Origin: Hyaloraphidium curvatum SAG 235-1
Taxonomy: Eukaryota; Fungi; Monoblepharomycota
Reading direction: 5' to 3'
Length of the DNA stretch: 64,000 nucleotides
Assembly (NCBI GenBank): GCA_025558095.1
Contig: JAIVFI010000023.1
Span: forward strand, 62,001-126,000
The notes under the pieces were generated by a model. It ran no database searches, had not been told where the DNA came from, and was given only the letters and a program-made list of their open reading frames with translations. A program made the position numbers and the translations under genes. Below, one piece after another: positions 1 to 10,083 of this stretch (positions are counted from its first letter, which is position 1; each line of letters opens with the position of its first letter).

Positions 1-398
1 GGAGGCAAGGCCGGGTGACGAGCATCGAGCAACGCGATCCAGATCCGCGGGTCACGGTCCGCGTTATGAACTAGGCTGTCGGACGCGATGGCATGAGAAA
101 ATAGGTTTCGAAACGAAGGGATAACGACTCACAAAGAGCCGGGATCCGTGGCGGGGCAGCTGGCGAACCAGAAGACATAGAGCGCGTCGCCGACACGAAC
201 CGTGTTGTTGTCACGAAGCGCGTCGCACAGGACGTGACTTGGGGCGAGAGCGGCGGGAAAGAGGATAGCAGGGATGTAGGCACGCGCCCAGTCGCCGGCC
301 ATGAGGCCTTCGTTCCAGACATAGACGAGTTGGAAAGGTTTGAGCGAAGCGGGATTGACCACGACAAACTGGTCGCCGCGAGCGAACGACAGGGCCAT
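1..398 (-). CDS. Hypothetical protein, spliced, runs off the left edge
   Basis: ATG in caccATGG context at 398; GTGAGT...CAG intron 76-132 joins to an open frame (FLVHNADRDPRIWIALL...). Confidence 0.5.
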
Positions 399-1001
399 GG
401 TGGTTCAGTTAATGACGTGATACGTTGCGTTCCCGCGTCGGTGGGGACGGCCATCGGTATCGGAAGAGACCGGAAAGCGGAAAAGTGCGGAGAGCGAGAC
501 GATGCGTTTCGCCCAATGGAACAACAGGCCAAACTATCGGAACAACTGAACCGACAAATAGGAAAGCGCAAAGTGCGCGACCAGTTGAAGGAAAGCGTGC
601 CGTGTTTTTCCCGAGCGGCCATGAGTAACTCACCGCATGGGGATAGGCGCTGGGACCCGGCTAAACGGCATAACTCAAACCGGGACGCAAGCAAGTGTTA
701 AGCTAAATGGCGAATCGCAAACGCGTTATAGAATCACACACTTTACCGTGCTGCCGAGACGGAGACACAAACTTACGAACTCGTCCTTTGTCGGGGCTTA
801 GCTTCGGCCGTCAAAGATCGAAGGCTTTCCCTTCCGGGTGTCGGGAGAAGGGGTTCGTGGCAAAGTCCGATCTGAAGCAATAGGCCGTGCGCCTATATAT
901 AGAGCCAGGTTCAACGAATATAAGCCAGCGTTCCGACGCCTGACGCTGCATAATTCTACACACGAAACGCGTCCGTGTTGTGGCCGCATGATCAGCCAAG
1001 A

Positions 1002-1391
1002 ATGAGCAATTCAAACTCAGTGGGACGGAGGGATTGGAGCCAAAACACAGCGCCATCGGAGAACGGGGACACAGGAATGTCGTCGAGAAGCTCGAATTCC
1101 AGCGCGGAATTGGAGCCATCGCGAGCAAAGTTGACTGCCGCGTCGGTTTGCGCGGTCTTGAAAGGGGGCAGAGTCGCGTGGAACGAGGTGAAGTCGGGGG
1201 CCAGTCGGTGGCGCAGGATCCTCATGTGGCCTTGGCAGACGAGACTCTACCGGGAATTGGCGAAGGTGGTGTCGACGGAATACCTTGACTCTTTGAGCGC
1301 CGCACACGCGGCGGACACGGACGCGATTCGACGAGGACTTGAACTCGAAATGAAGGCGAAGATACTGCAAACACACTATGTAATCATGTAA
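1002..1391 (+). CDS. Hypothetical protein
   Basis: Open frame with a protein-like helical C-terminus (RLYRELAKVVSTEYLDSL...), converging on the 1406 stop. Confidence 0.35.
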   Translation: MSNSNSVGRRDWSQNTAPSENGDTGMSSRSSNSSAELEPSRAKLTAASVCAVLKGGRVAWNEVKSGASRWRRILMWPWQTRLYRELAKVVSTEYLDSLSAAHAADTDAIRRGLELEMKAKILQTHYVIM

Positions 1392-1405
1392 CTTGGCCAA
1401 AACAG

Positions 1406-2350
1406 CTAAAGCTCATCGCTCATTTTCCTCCGACGCCCACTGCTTCTGGTGGGCTTGGGATCCTCCTCCATTTCCACGACTTCTTCTTCCTCCGGGACAT
1501 CACCACCAGTGCCCTCCCCTTCGTGCCCCGAGGCTTGACCACCGTTGCCCTCCGAGCCGCTTCCCTCGTTGCCTTTGTTGGCGTCGCTTGCGCTAGCCGA
1601 CTGCCAGCCATCTTCCCCTTCGCCAGCAGACTGCGAGCTCCCCGAGCTGGAATCGGAACCGGAGCCGGAACCAGAGCCGGAACCGGAGCCGGAACCAGAG
1701 CCGGAACCGGAACCGGAACCGGAACCAGACCCAGACTGGGAGCCTTCGGCATCGCTCTTGCCGGCATCGTAAGCCTTGGGAACGGCGTCAGCCCACTTCG
1801 TGGCGTAAAGAGCGGCGGTATGGAACGCGTTCTTCTGGCCCATAAAGTATGCCGATTTGGCGCCAGAAAGATACGAGGCCTTGATCTTGTGGGCAATGTC
1901 GGGAGACAACAAAGGCACGATATCGCTATTGATGACAGACTGGGAGAAATGAGCTAAACCGGCATAGTCACGGCCGGCTTCGACACTCACCTGCTCCCAC
2001 TGCTTCGAAAGCTTGCTAGCGACAGGGAGAGACAACTTGATAGCGCCGGCGTCAGGAGTTGGGGGGATAACACCGGCTGAAGCTTTGCGCCCAGAGGCGG
2101 GGGTAGCTGCCGCAGAAGTGTGGTTTGTGGAACCACGTGGTTTCGTCGACGTCGAAATGCGAGTGCGAGTGCGGGGGACTTGGGCAGGAACCGCAGCAGC
2201 CGGTGGGGCACCGTCAAACTCCCCCCGTTGGCGTCTGGTGCACGTGCTGGCGTAATGCCCAGGTTGACCACATTTGCCGCATTTGGAGACCCTTTTCTTT
2301 GGAGCAGGAGGGTTGTCGTCACCCGGGGAGGAAAGACGTTTCGGAGCCAT
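1406..2350 (-). CDS. CCHC zinc-knuckle protein with Gly-Ser and acidic tail
   Basis: [14 protein letters not shown] (CX2CX4HX4C), basic NLS-like PKKR, (GS)n tract; probable in-frame 51-nt intron 1940-1990 (GTGAGT...CCCAG). Confidence 0.65.
   Translation of the reverse strand: MAPKRLSSPGDDNPPAPKKRVSKCGKCGQPGHYASTCTRRQRGEFDGAPPAAAVPAQVPRTRTRISTSTKPRGSTNHTSAAATPASGRKASAGVIPPTPDAGAIKLSLPVASKLSKQWEQVSVEAGRDYAGLAHFSQSVINSDIVPLLSPDIAHKIKASYLSGAKSAYFMGQKNAFHTAALYATKWADAVPKAYDAGKSDAEGSQSGSGSGSGSGSGSGSGSGSGSGSGSGSDSSSGSSQSAGEGEDGWQSASASDANKGNEGSGSEGNGGQASGHEGEGTGGDVPEEEEVVEMEEDPKPTRSSGRRRKMSDEL
1651..1730. repeat. Hexamer tandem repeat (CCGGAA/CCGGAG/CCAGAG) encoding poly-Gly-Ser
   Basis: Directly visible ggaaccggagccggaaccagagcc... 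array. Confidence 0.9.
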
Positions 2351-2560
2351 GGCAAATAGTGTAAATTGTGAGCGGAAGATGTTGGACTCTGGCGCGCCTG
2401 GGGCCGCTTCGAAGGCAAAAACGAATAAGTAAACAAAGCAACTTCGTTGCAACCACACGCGTTTCTTCGATCAGTTAAGGCGAACCGAGACTTCGAAAAT
2501 CATGTATTAAATACATAGAGTCGATTCGTGGGGAGAAACCCCCTTCATGTTGAGAAATGA

Positions 2561-2969
2561 CTAGTTCGTGGTGGTGTTCTCCTTCCCCTTCACAACCCAC
2601 GCGTCCTTGGGTCCGATTTTGTCATACACCGGGCCACAAACAGGGCAAACTATGACAACATGCTCTTGCAGGTATTCGAACATCGGAGTGAGATTAGGCT
2701 TGCGAAACTCGGACTGAGTCCACTCGGTCAGAAAATGGTCCTTCTCGTGGAACTCGGTGTCACATTCCCAGCATCTGGATGCAAATTGAACGATTCAAAC
2801 CGAATGAAATCGACTTCATCGCATGGACTCACTTGACTTTTTGAGGCCGTGAAGTCTCGGCAGCCCGTTGCTCCGGAGTCAAGGCGGCCCACTCGGCAGT
2901 CGTTGCCTGTTTGAACATTAGTAACCTTCGTTGCTGCAACGAGGTTAACACACACACTCGGGTGTTCAT
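2561..2969 (-). CDS. Small spliced CxxC-CxxC zinc-ribbon protein (not in ORF track)
   Basis: Intron 2775-2832 (GTGAGT...TCCAG) joins ...PQKVK to CWECDTEF...CPVCGPVYDK...; a further 51-nt intron (GTGTGT...ACTAAT...AACAG) follows MNTR. Confidence 0.55.
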
Positions 2970-3027
2970 GATGATGATTGGGGTGAAGCTTGCGCGAATG
3001 TGCTTTGGCAAAATCCCTAGCATTAGT

Positions 3028-3900
3028 CTATGTTGCACCGCTTTTGTACAGTCTACATTTGACTCCTTGCGAAGGATCCGCCTTTGAAGATAGCCAAGAT
3101 TTAGCATTGTCAAAATGTTCCTTCAACATCTCAATGTAGATGCTGTTCCTGCCCAAGTATTGAGCAGCACGAGACGTGGTCCCACTCCCTCCAAAGCAAT
3201 CAAGCACGACATCACCAGGTGTGGTCCAAGAGCATATATGATCGGCTGCTAATTGGATCGGGAATACTGCTGGATGGTCAGGACGTGTAGCTTCAGCACC
3301 AGAGCCCTTGCCAGAAGAATAAGTCCAAACGTTGGTAGCTGCCTTGTAGGATCCAGAGCTATTGGTAACTTCTCGTTTCTTCAACCCAGTTGATGTCCTG
3401 TAAGAACTCCTCATCGTTCTTCCGGCACCTTCTTTCTTTTCCTTTTCCACGGCAATAGGTTGAAACACACTTGGTTTATCACCTTTGAGAAGAACAAACA
3501 TGTATTGGAATTGGTTGCTATATCTCATGACTTTAGGGTAGGCAGGAGCATAGTTTTTGGATACGTAAATCATGGTATCTAAAAGTTTGAAACCAACTTT
3601 GTTGACAAAATATTGCACTTGATTGAAAGAAGTCATAGATTCTGCAAAATTACTGGTCTCATCTGCGACAATCCACACAACAATCCCCCCATTGACGGTG
3701 ACTCTGAAAAGTTCATGTGCAATTTCTTCGAAACCAAAATTGCCAGTGAATTCAGGATGATACAAGCGTAAATTGTCATAAGGTGGTGAGGTCACAGTCA
3801 GGTTCACACTTTCAGTCTCAATTTGTTTCAAAGCGTTCTGTGATTCACCAAGAATCATAAGATGTTTTGTGTTACCAGTGCGAATTGTAGCAGTCTTCAT
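3028..3900 (-). CDS. Beta-class N4/N6 DNA methyltransferase (SPPY type)
   Basis: Motif IV TSPPY near the N-terminus, HPAVFP, and motif I VLDCFGGSGTT near the C-terminus; intronless. Confidence 0.93.
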   Translation of the reverse strand: MKTATIRTGNTKHLMILGESQNALKQIETESVNLTVTSPPYDNLRLYHPEFTGNFGFEEIAHELFRVTVNGGIVVWIVADETSNFAESMTSFNQVQYFVNKVGFKLLDTMIYVSKNYAPAYPKVMRYSNQFQYMFVLLKGDKPSVFQPIAVEKEKKEGAGRTMRSSYRTSTGLKKREVTNSSGSYKAATNVWTYSSGKGSGAEATRPDHPAVFPIQLAADHICSWTTPGDVVLDCFGGSGTTSRAAQYLGRNSIYIEMLKEHFDNAKSWLSSKADPSQGVKCRLYKSGAT

Positions 3901-3939
3901 TAAAGAACAAAACGAGAAAATACGATGATGATACTAAAG

Positions 3940-4089
3940 TCATGATCCGTCCCATATATAACAGGTTTGATATGAATGCCTTCTGCATGTACTTGTGCCA
4001 GGAACAATTTTGTTCTTGCACCGTGTGCCAGATACAGTTCCACAGGTGCACTGATTAGGTAGGCCTTTGTTCCTAGAACGAGCAGCCAT
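3940..4089 (-). CDS. Small C3H zinc-finger peptide (CxxxTxxGxRCxN...CxxH)
   Basis: QCTCGTVSGTRCKNKIVPGTSTCRRH, a motif type common in giant-virus proteins; ATG at 4089. Confidence 0.45.
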   Translation of the reverse strand: MAARSRNKGLPNQCTCGTVSGTRCKNKIVPGTSTCRRHSYQTCYIWDGS

Positions 4090-4182
4090 AGCAGATCTTG
4101 CATTAGGAGAAGAAACAACTTCCAAAGTATGATTGGGAAGAACGATAATGTCAAGAAATTGCTTTAGTTTGTCAGACACAGT

Positions 4183-6588
4183 TTGGAGAGCATCTTCGAC
4201 ACCTTTGTCAATAGCATAATCATCGAAAAGGATCTTGCTCCTTTTCCACGTGACTTGGCTGATTTGATCAGAAAAAGCTCCCGGGCCAACAGTCGCAAAC
4301 GCAAGTCCCCTGATATTGCTTCGCATAACCACAACGACTCCGCCAAACCACGTGACTTCACCGAAGGTGATTTGACGAAGCCAAATGTTCCAAGCATTCT
4401 CAAGACCTTTATTGCCGATGCTTATGGGATCCAACCGCACATGCTACAGAAAGTGAAACTGGAGGAAAACCAAACAATTTGCATTCAAACGTCGGAAAAA
4501 CACTGCGTATTCAAGGAAGATTCTCACAATTCCAATCATCAATACTTTGTCATCCGTCGAACCTCCAACGAAGATTGGTACATCGTTCGCAAGTGTCACA
4601 GTCGGAAGCTAACCAAGTGCGAGTCCGGAGAATTTAAACCCACCGTTTTACCATGTGAAGTTGTGGAAGACCTCAAGAAAATGTTGGATATTCAAGATGT
4701 TTCCCAGGAACTCATTGATTTGGCAAAACTGGACGTGGAAGATCATATTTTTGCCAGTTTCAATGATAAAGCACCCACGATTGCTCTGTCTCCACAAAAA
4801 ACAAGTTGGATTGGCCAGTTATCACAGATTTATGGAAATAGGTTTTGCTGGAACTGCAAGGAAGGCCAATTTGAAGTGACGATCGACGTGAACGGTTCAA
4901 AAGCAATTTGCATGAATTGCGGTATTCAATCACCTTGTGGTTCAGTGAGGCAGCCTTTGGATCTGGAAAGATACACGAATTTGAACCACTTTTACAAAAT
5001 TGTGCTGAACGTTAACAACATCGTGAACAACAATTACTACGGCTCAGATTCTGCGATTGATATTGGCTGGAATGAGTTTGTCGAAGACCAAGTGCAAATT
5101 GCAGAGACTCAAGAGCAAAACATAGTTGTTCTGAAGTCACTATCCGGGACCCATCACATGCTAGCCAGCCTTTTACACTCCTTGTTTGGATCAGGCCTTG
5201 TCTATTTTGAGGCCGAAAAGCAGAAGCCATGGTTCCTTTTCCAGACGCCGCTTTGGCTTCAGTGCAGTGATATTGAAGTGCACAAACTCTTCTTTAAAGA
5301 CGAGTTTACAAGCATTTTTGTTAAGGCCAAGCAAGTTTACGTGAACAGCTCAGTAAAGGATAAGGACAAGAAAGCTCTTCAGATACAAAAAGTCATATCA
5401 GCTCTTCAGAACAATGGACTACAGAAAGGAGTCATTGAGCAACTAAAAGTCCTGTGCCACAAAAGTCATAAGTTGTTCTGGGACCTCTTGAACATGAAGA
5501 GATATCTTGTGGCGTTTCATAATGGTGTTGTTGACTGCAACCAAGAAATCTTCAGGGAAGGGATGCCTGAAGACAATCTGACACTGGAACTCGGATTGGA
5601 CTACAATCACGACAAAATGTATGACCCCATTAAGAGGGCAGAGTTTGAGAATCAGTTTTTCAATCGGGTTTTCCCAGATCCAGAAGTGAGGCGATACGCT
5701 ATCAAATTCTTGGGGAGTGCTATTACTGGGTTTACAAGAGACCAAATCATCACTTTTGGCCATGGGGATGGATCAAACGGTAAAGGAATTTTGATCAATC
5801 TGATGGCAATGGTGTTGGGAGACTATGCAGCAAAGATTGATGCAAGTTTTCTCTGCGGTGCCATGCCTGATTCAGAGAAGCCTACACCAACTTTAACCAG
5901 ACTAGTTGGAAAACGTTTTGTCTACATTTCCGAGGTGGTTGATTCAGCCAAACTCAACGAACAACTTTTCAAGGCACTGTGTGGAGAAGAAAAGATGCCC
6001 TACCGTCCTCTTTACGGAGAACAACGTGAATTTATGCCTGATTTCAAGATCTTCATCGTTTGCAATACGTTACCAAAGTTCAATGGTGCCGATTATGCAA
6101 TGAAGAGGAGAATCAGGGTATTGCCTTTTGAATCGACTTTTATGGATGCTTCAGAGAACCCAGATCCAAGCAAGAATCAGTTTGTGAAAGATCCAACTCT
6201 CAATGACAAGTTGGAAGAATGGAAATATGTTTTCATGGGCATGCTTTTGGAAGGATACAGACTATACAAGCAAGAAGGACTAAGCAATGTTCCAGAGAAG
6301 ATGCTCAAAGTCACCAGGGCATACGTGTCAGAGAACAATACCTATGAATCCTTCATCCAAGAAAAAGTTTCCTTTATTGAAGGGAAAAGGATACCACTCA
6401 CAGCTCTTTATGACTCATACAATGATTGGTGCCTTGATAACGGATACGAGGCAGTGAAAATCACAAAAGATGGAAAGACAACTTACAAAAAGGATTTGAA
6501 GGAAAACTTCAAACGAGCTTTTGGAGTTAGGGCAACGGAGATCAGGAGTGGAACAAGAATGTGGGAGGGAATTGATTTTAGATCATGA
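4183..6588 (+). CDS. D5-like SF3 primase-helicase (P4/NCLDV type); catalytic primase domain not evident
   Basis: Walker A GDGSNGKG, Walker B RFVYISE, motif C FIVCNTLP, RRIRVLPF, D5_N (AFHNGVVD), N-terminal UL52/PrimPol-like Zn finger (C..HNSN..C..C), C-terminal winged helix (LYDSYNDWC). Start uncertain (TTG 4183; first ATG 4441). Confidence 0.92.
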   Translation: MESIFDTFVNSIIIEKDLAPFPRDLADLIRKSSRANSRKRKSPDIASHNHNDSAKPRDFTEGDLTKPNVPSILKTFIADAYGIQPHMLQKVKLEENQTICIQTSEKHCVFKEDSHNSNHQYFVIRRTSNEDWYIVRKCHSRKLTKCESGEFKPTVLPCEVVEDLKKMLDIQDVSQELIDLAKLDVEDHIFASFNDKAPTIALSPQKTSWIGQLSQIYGNRFCWNCKEGQFEVTIDVNGSKAICMNCGIQSPCGSVRQPLDLERYTNLNHFYKIVLNVNNIVNNNYYGSDSAIDIGWNEFVEDQVQIAETQEQNIVVLKSLSGTHHMLASLLHSLFGSGLVYFEAEKQKPWFLFQTPLWLQCSDIEVHKLFFKDEFTSIFVKAKQVYVNSSVKDKDKKALQIQKVISALQNNGLQKGVIEQLKVLCHKSHKLFWDLLNMKRYLVAFHNGVVDCNQEIFREGMPEDNLTLELGLDYNHDKMYDPIKRAEFENQFFNRVFPDPEVRRYAIKFLGSAITGFTRDQIITFGHGDGSNGKGILINLMAMVLGDYAAKIDASFLCGAMPDSEKPTPTLTRLVGKRFVYISEVVDSAKLNEQLFKALCGEEKMPYRPLYGEQREFMPDFKIFIVCNTLPKFNGADYAMKRRIRVLPFESTFMDASENPDPSKNQFVKDPTLNDKLEEWKYVFMGMLLEGYRLYKQEGLSNVPEKMLKVTRAYVSENNTYESFIQEKVSFIEGKRIPLTALYDSYNDWCLDNGYEAVKITKDGKTTYKKDLKENFKRAFGVRATEIRSGTRMWEGIDFRS

Positions 6589-6860
6589 TTGGGACAAAAA
6601 AAAAAGCATTGGACATGTTGGACAGGTTATTTGGACAGGTTCAAAGCATGGTTGGACAGGTAAATGGCGCATGGACAGGTTTGGACAAGGAAATGACAAG
6701 ACTTTTATTTTTTGAAGATGTCCGCACATACCCAAAAAAAAAAGAACCAGAAGGCACTTGAAAACGTTTGGCGAATATCCGGTCCAAACCTGTCCAAGCG
6801 CTGTTTACTTGTCCAAGTAAGCTTTCTACCTGTCCAAAAACATGTCCAAGACATGTCCGG
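6589..6860. promoter_or_regulatory. Putative replication origin: convergent iteron array
   Basis: Six TGGACA (6610-6687), A/T tracts, then four TGTCCA (6791-6848) plus variants, starting right after the helicase stop. Confidence 0.6.
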
Positions 6861-7036
6861 AGCATTTTTGTGCTCCAAAATGTGTGTCAGTTCATACGCT
6901 ATGAACATCACTCTGCTGGAAGAGGTTCCCAAAAAATGTGGGAACTTCAAATTTCGATGAGCCTATGCCCAGGCAAATGCGTATCTTCAAGCATGTTTCT
7001 CTTGTATCCTATGCTCATACAACCTAGCTTTGGATT

Positions 7037-7390
7037 ATGGAAGCAGTTGTCCTAGCCAAGAATGTCCAAAAGCTCCAGGCCATGTCTCCCCAAGACGTAT
7101 TCAAGTACATACGGTGGTCTAAGGACAAAAACAAAGGATCCATACTTGATGTCATAAAGTTGGTGACTGGAAACACAAATGAAAGAGATATTTTCGCTCG
7201 CCTAAAACAGGCATACCCTGAAGTTGTCGGGAAATGCGACAACCTACAATTCCCAGGAAAAGGTCAAAAAGAGACACCAGTAGCAGACTCGGCAACATTG
7301 GTTGAAGTAGCATACTTATGCCCTGTAAAATGCGTATTTTCCAGCATGTTTCTCTTGTATCCTATGCTCATACAACCTAGCATTGTATGA
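7037..7390 (+). pseudogene. Truncated Bro-N-like protein
   Basis: SILDVIKLVT...LQFPGKGQKETPVAD...YLCP, cut by the next tandem unit. Confidence 0.65.
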
Positions 7391-7863
7391 TTATGGAAGC
7401 AGTTGCCCTAGCCAAAAATGTTCAGAAACTCCAGGCCATGTCAGCCCAAGAAGTGTTTAAGCAAATTCGCTGGTCAAAAGAGCTGAATAAGGGATCTGTC
7501 TATGATGTCATTGGAGTAATAACAGGATTCAATTCAAAGAACTCAGCAGAGTATTTCTATCGCTTAAGAGAGTCATATCCTGATGTTTCCACAAGATGTG
7601 GAAACCTAAAATTCCCAGGTCAAGGTCAAAAAGAAACACCAGTAGCAGACTCGGCAACATTGGTGGAGATAGCATACTTATGCCCAGGCAAAGGAGCTGC
7701 TCAGTTCAGGCGCCAAGGAGCAGAATTGCTATGCCGTGCTTTGGCAGGGGATCTAAGCTTGATTGATCAAATTGTGACCAAGTTTAATTTTGACCAAGTT
7801 TTACTGGATCAATATATTCTTCCTGCTTGGCCAAAACATTTCTTGTCTTTGCAAACTCCTTGA
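7387..7863 (+). pseudogene. Bro-N-like protein truncated at the inversion junction
   Basis: SVYDVIGVIT...KFPGQGQKETPVAD...AAQFRR...GDLSLIDQI, then reads antisense spacer sequence. Confidence 0.7.
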
Positions 7864-8560
7864 TTGCACTTTCATAGGCAGTCATGAACTGGTCATTTGG
7901 CATTGATATTAGATGGGTCCAGAACATTCTCCCCTTTTGATCTCCTGACTCGATCCGCTTCAAAACATCCTTGGATTGCCCTATCTTCAGTGACTCCGTC
8001 CCATCGAGCTCCAAATATTTGCCAAAGTAAACAACTGGTTGTTTAAAGAAAATATGATTCTCAGTGATCCTTTTGAATGTCTCGGGGATGGTATTGGCTT
8101 GCTCCTGCGTGGATGAAGTGCCACTGAGTAGCTTTTCTTGAGTTTCTGCATCAATATCCTGATGTCTTTGAACAATTTGATCAATCAAGCTTAGATCCCC
8201 TGCCAAAGCACGGCATAGCAATTCTGCTCCTTGGCGCCTGAACTGAGCAGCTCCTTTGCCTGGGCATAAGTATGCTATCTCCACCAATGTTGCCGAGTCT
8301 GCTACTGGTGTTTCTTTTTGACCTTGACCTGGGAATTTTAGGTTTCCACATCTTGTGGAAACATCAGGATATGACTCTCTTAAGTGATAGAAATACTCTG
8401 CTGAGTTCTTTGAATTGAATCCTGTTATTACTCCAATGACATCATAGACAGATCCCTTATTCAGCTCTTTTGACCAGCGAATTTGCTTAAACACTTCTTG
8501 GGCTGACATGGCCTGGAGTTTCTGAACATTTTTGGCTAGGGCAACTGCTTCCATAATCAT
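7784..8560 (-). CDS. Bro-N + T5orf172 (GIY-YIG-like) protein, 3'-truncated
   Basis: Same Bro-N domain, followed by VVYFGKY...LKIGQSKDVLKRI...YESAIK...EEY. Confidence 0.75.
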   Translation of the reverse strand: MIMEAVALAKNVQKLQAMSAQEVFKQIRWSKELNKGSVYDVIGVITGFNSKNSAEYFYHLRESYPDVSTRCGNLKFPGQGQKETPVADSATLVEIAYLCPGKGAAQFRRQGAELLCRALAGDLSLIDQIVQRHQDIDAETQEKLLSGTSSTQEQANTIPETFKRITENHIFFKQPVVYFGKYLELDGTESLKIGQSKDVLKRIESGDQKGRMFWTHLISMPNDQFMTAYESAIKEFAKTRNVLAKQEEYIDPVKLGQN

Positions 8561-8910
8561 ACAATGCTAGGTTGTATGAGCATAGGATACAAGAGAAACA
8601 TGCTGGAAAATACGCATTTTACAGGGCATAAGTATGCTACTTCAACCAATGTTGCCGAGTCTGCTACTGGTGTCTCTTTTTGACCTTTTCCTGGGAATTG
8701 TAGGTTGTCGCATTTCCCGACAACTTCAGGGTATGCCTGTTTTAGGCGAGCGAAAATATCTCTTTCATTTGTGTTTCCAGTCACCAACTTTATGACATCA
8801 AGTATGGATCCTTTGTTTTTGTCCTTAGACCACCGTATGTACTTGAATACGTCTTGGGGAGACATGGCCTGGAGCTTTTGGACATTCTTGGCTAGGACAA
8901 CTGCTTCCAT
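8557..8910 (-). pseudogene. Truncated Bro-N-like protein (mirror copy of 7037-7390)
   Basis: Identical translation to 7037-7390. Confidence 0.65.
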
Positions 8911-9086
8911 AATCCAAAGCTAGGTTGTATGAGCATAGGATACAAGAGAAACATGCTTGAAGATACGCATTTGCCTGGGCATAGGCTCATCGAAATTTGA
9001 AGTTCCCACATTTTTTGGGAACCTCTTCCAGCAGAGTGATGTTCATAGCGTATGAACTGACACACATTTTGGAGCACAAAAATGCT

Positions 9087-9358
9087 CCGGACATGTCTTG
9101 GACATGTTTTTGGACAGGTAGAAAGCTTACTTGGACAAGTAAACAGCGCTTGGACAGGTTTGGACCGGATATTCGCCAAACGTTTTCAAGTGCCTTCTGG
9201 TTCTTTTTTTTTTGGGTATGTGCGGACATCTTCAAAAAATAAAAGTCTTGTCATTTCCTTGTCCAAACCTGTCCATGCGCCATTTACCTGTCCAACCATG
9301 CTTTGAACCTGTCCAAATAACCTGTCCAACATGTCCAATGCTTTTTTTTTTGTCCCAA
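9087..9358. promoter_or_regulatory. Second copy of the TGGACA/TGTCCA iteron array
   Basis: Mirror image of 6589-6860 within the inverted repeat. Confidence 0.6.
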
Positions 9359-10083
9359 TCATGATCTAAAATCAATTCCCTCCCACATTCTTGTTCCACT
9401 CCTGATCTCCGTTGCCCTAACTCCAAAAGCTCGTTTGAAGTTTTCCAATCTTTTTTGTAAGTTGTCTTTCCATCTTTTGTGATTTTCACTGCCTCGTATC
9501 CGTTATCAAGGCACCAATCATTGTATGAGTCATAAAGAGCTGTGAGTGGTATCCTTTTCCCTTCAATAAAGGAAACTTTTTCTTGGATGAATGCTTCGTA
9601 GATATTGTTTTCAATCACGGTTTTGTTCGGCTCTTCAATTGATAACTGGGGTGCTACCACGACAGGACCACGGAAATCCAGAGCATGCATTACTCTCTCC
9701 ACTTCCTCGACACTTTTACCAGTTCGTATCATTTCAATAACCAGTTCAATTGCCGCTTTCTTGGTCTCTTCCTGCTTTCTCTTTGTATCTTCTCGGTCTC
9801 TTTCTAGTTCCAGTTCCAGCTTCTTCAGCTCCTTATCTCTGACTGCCTTAAACTTCTGTACTTCCTTCATTGCTGACTTTAGTATTTCAACAAAGTTCTC
9901 TTGTGCCTCGTTGTAAAAGGGAAGATCCTGAAGACCTGTGCTTAGAGCGTTGTTCTCAATCAAAGTGTATTCCCTTGGCTCATACGGAGGTGGTAAATCT
10001 TGTGGCTCATTCATATTCTTGTTTGCATGAGTGACCATGTAAACTTGGTGGCCTTCTTGCAATGTCGGCAAAAGTAAACTCAT
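9232..10083 (-). pseudogene. Coiled-coil protein fused to the D5 C-terminal winged-helix domain, frameshifted
   Basis: E/K coiled coil, then ENNIYEAFIQEKVSF... matching the helicase C-terminus; a 4-bp deletion near 9446 shifts the frame (unshifted stop would be at 9359). Confidence 0.7.

Larger units (their letters stand above)
6352..9591. repeat. Long near-perfect inverted repeat: arms 6352-7775 and 8172-9591, 396-bp spacer
   Basis: Mirrored ORFs whose coordinates sum to 15947; differences seen are two G>A changes and a 4-bp deletion in arm 2. Confidence 0.95.

Noticed and set aside
1406-2350. Zinc knuckle as retrotransposon gag
   Set aside because: No protease, reverse transcriptase, integrase or LTRs nearby.
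3900-4089. Splicing of the C3H finger onto the methyltransferase
   Set aside because: I found no donor/acceptor pair with compatible phase.
6600-6860. Short-repeat arrays (also 12146-12293) as a CRISPR array
   Set aside because: Repeats are only 6-13 bp with irregular spacing, there are no unique spacers of constant size and no cas genes.
6352-9591. Inverted repeat as the terminal inverted repeats of a DNA transposon
   Set aside because: The arms consist of gene fragments, no transposase lies between them and no target-site duplication is seen.
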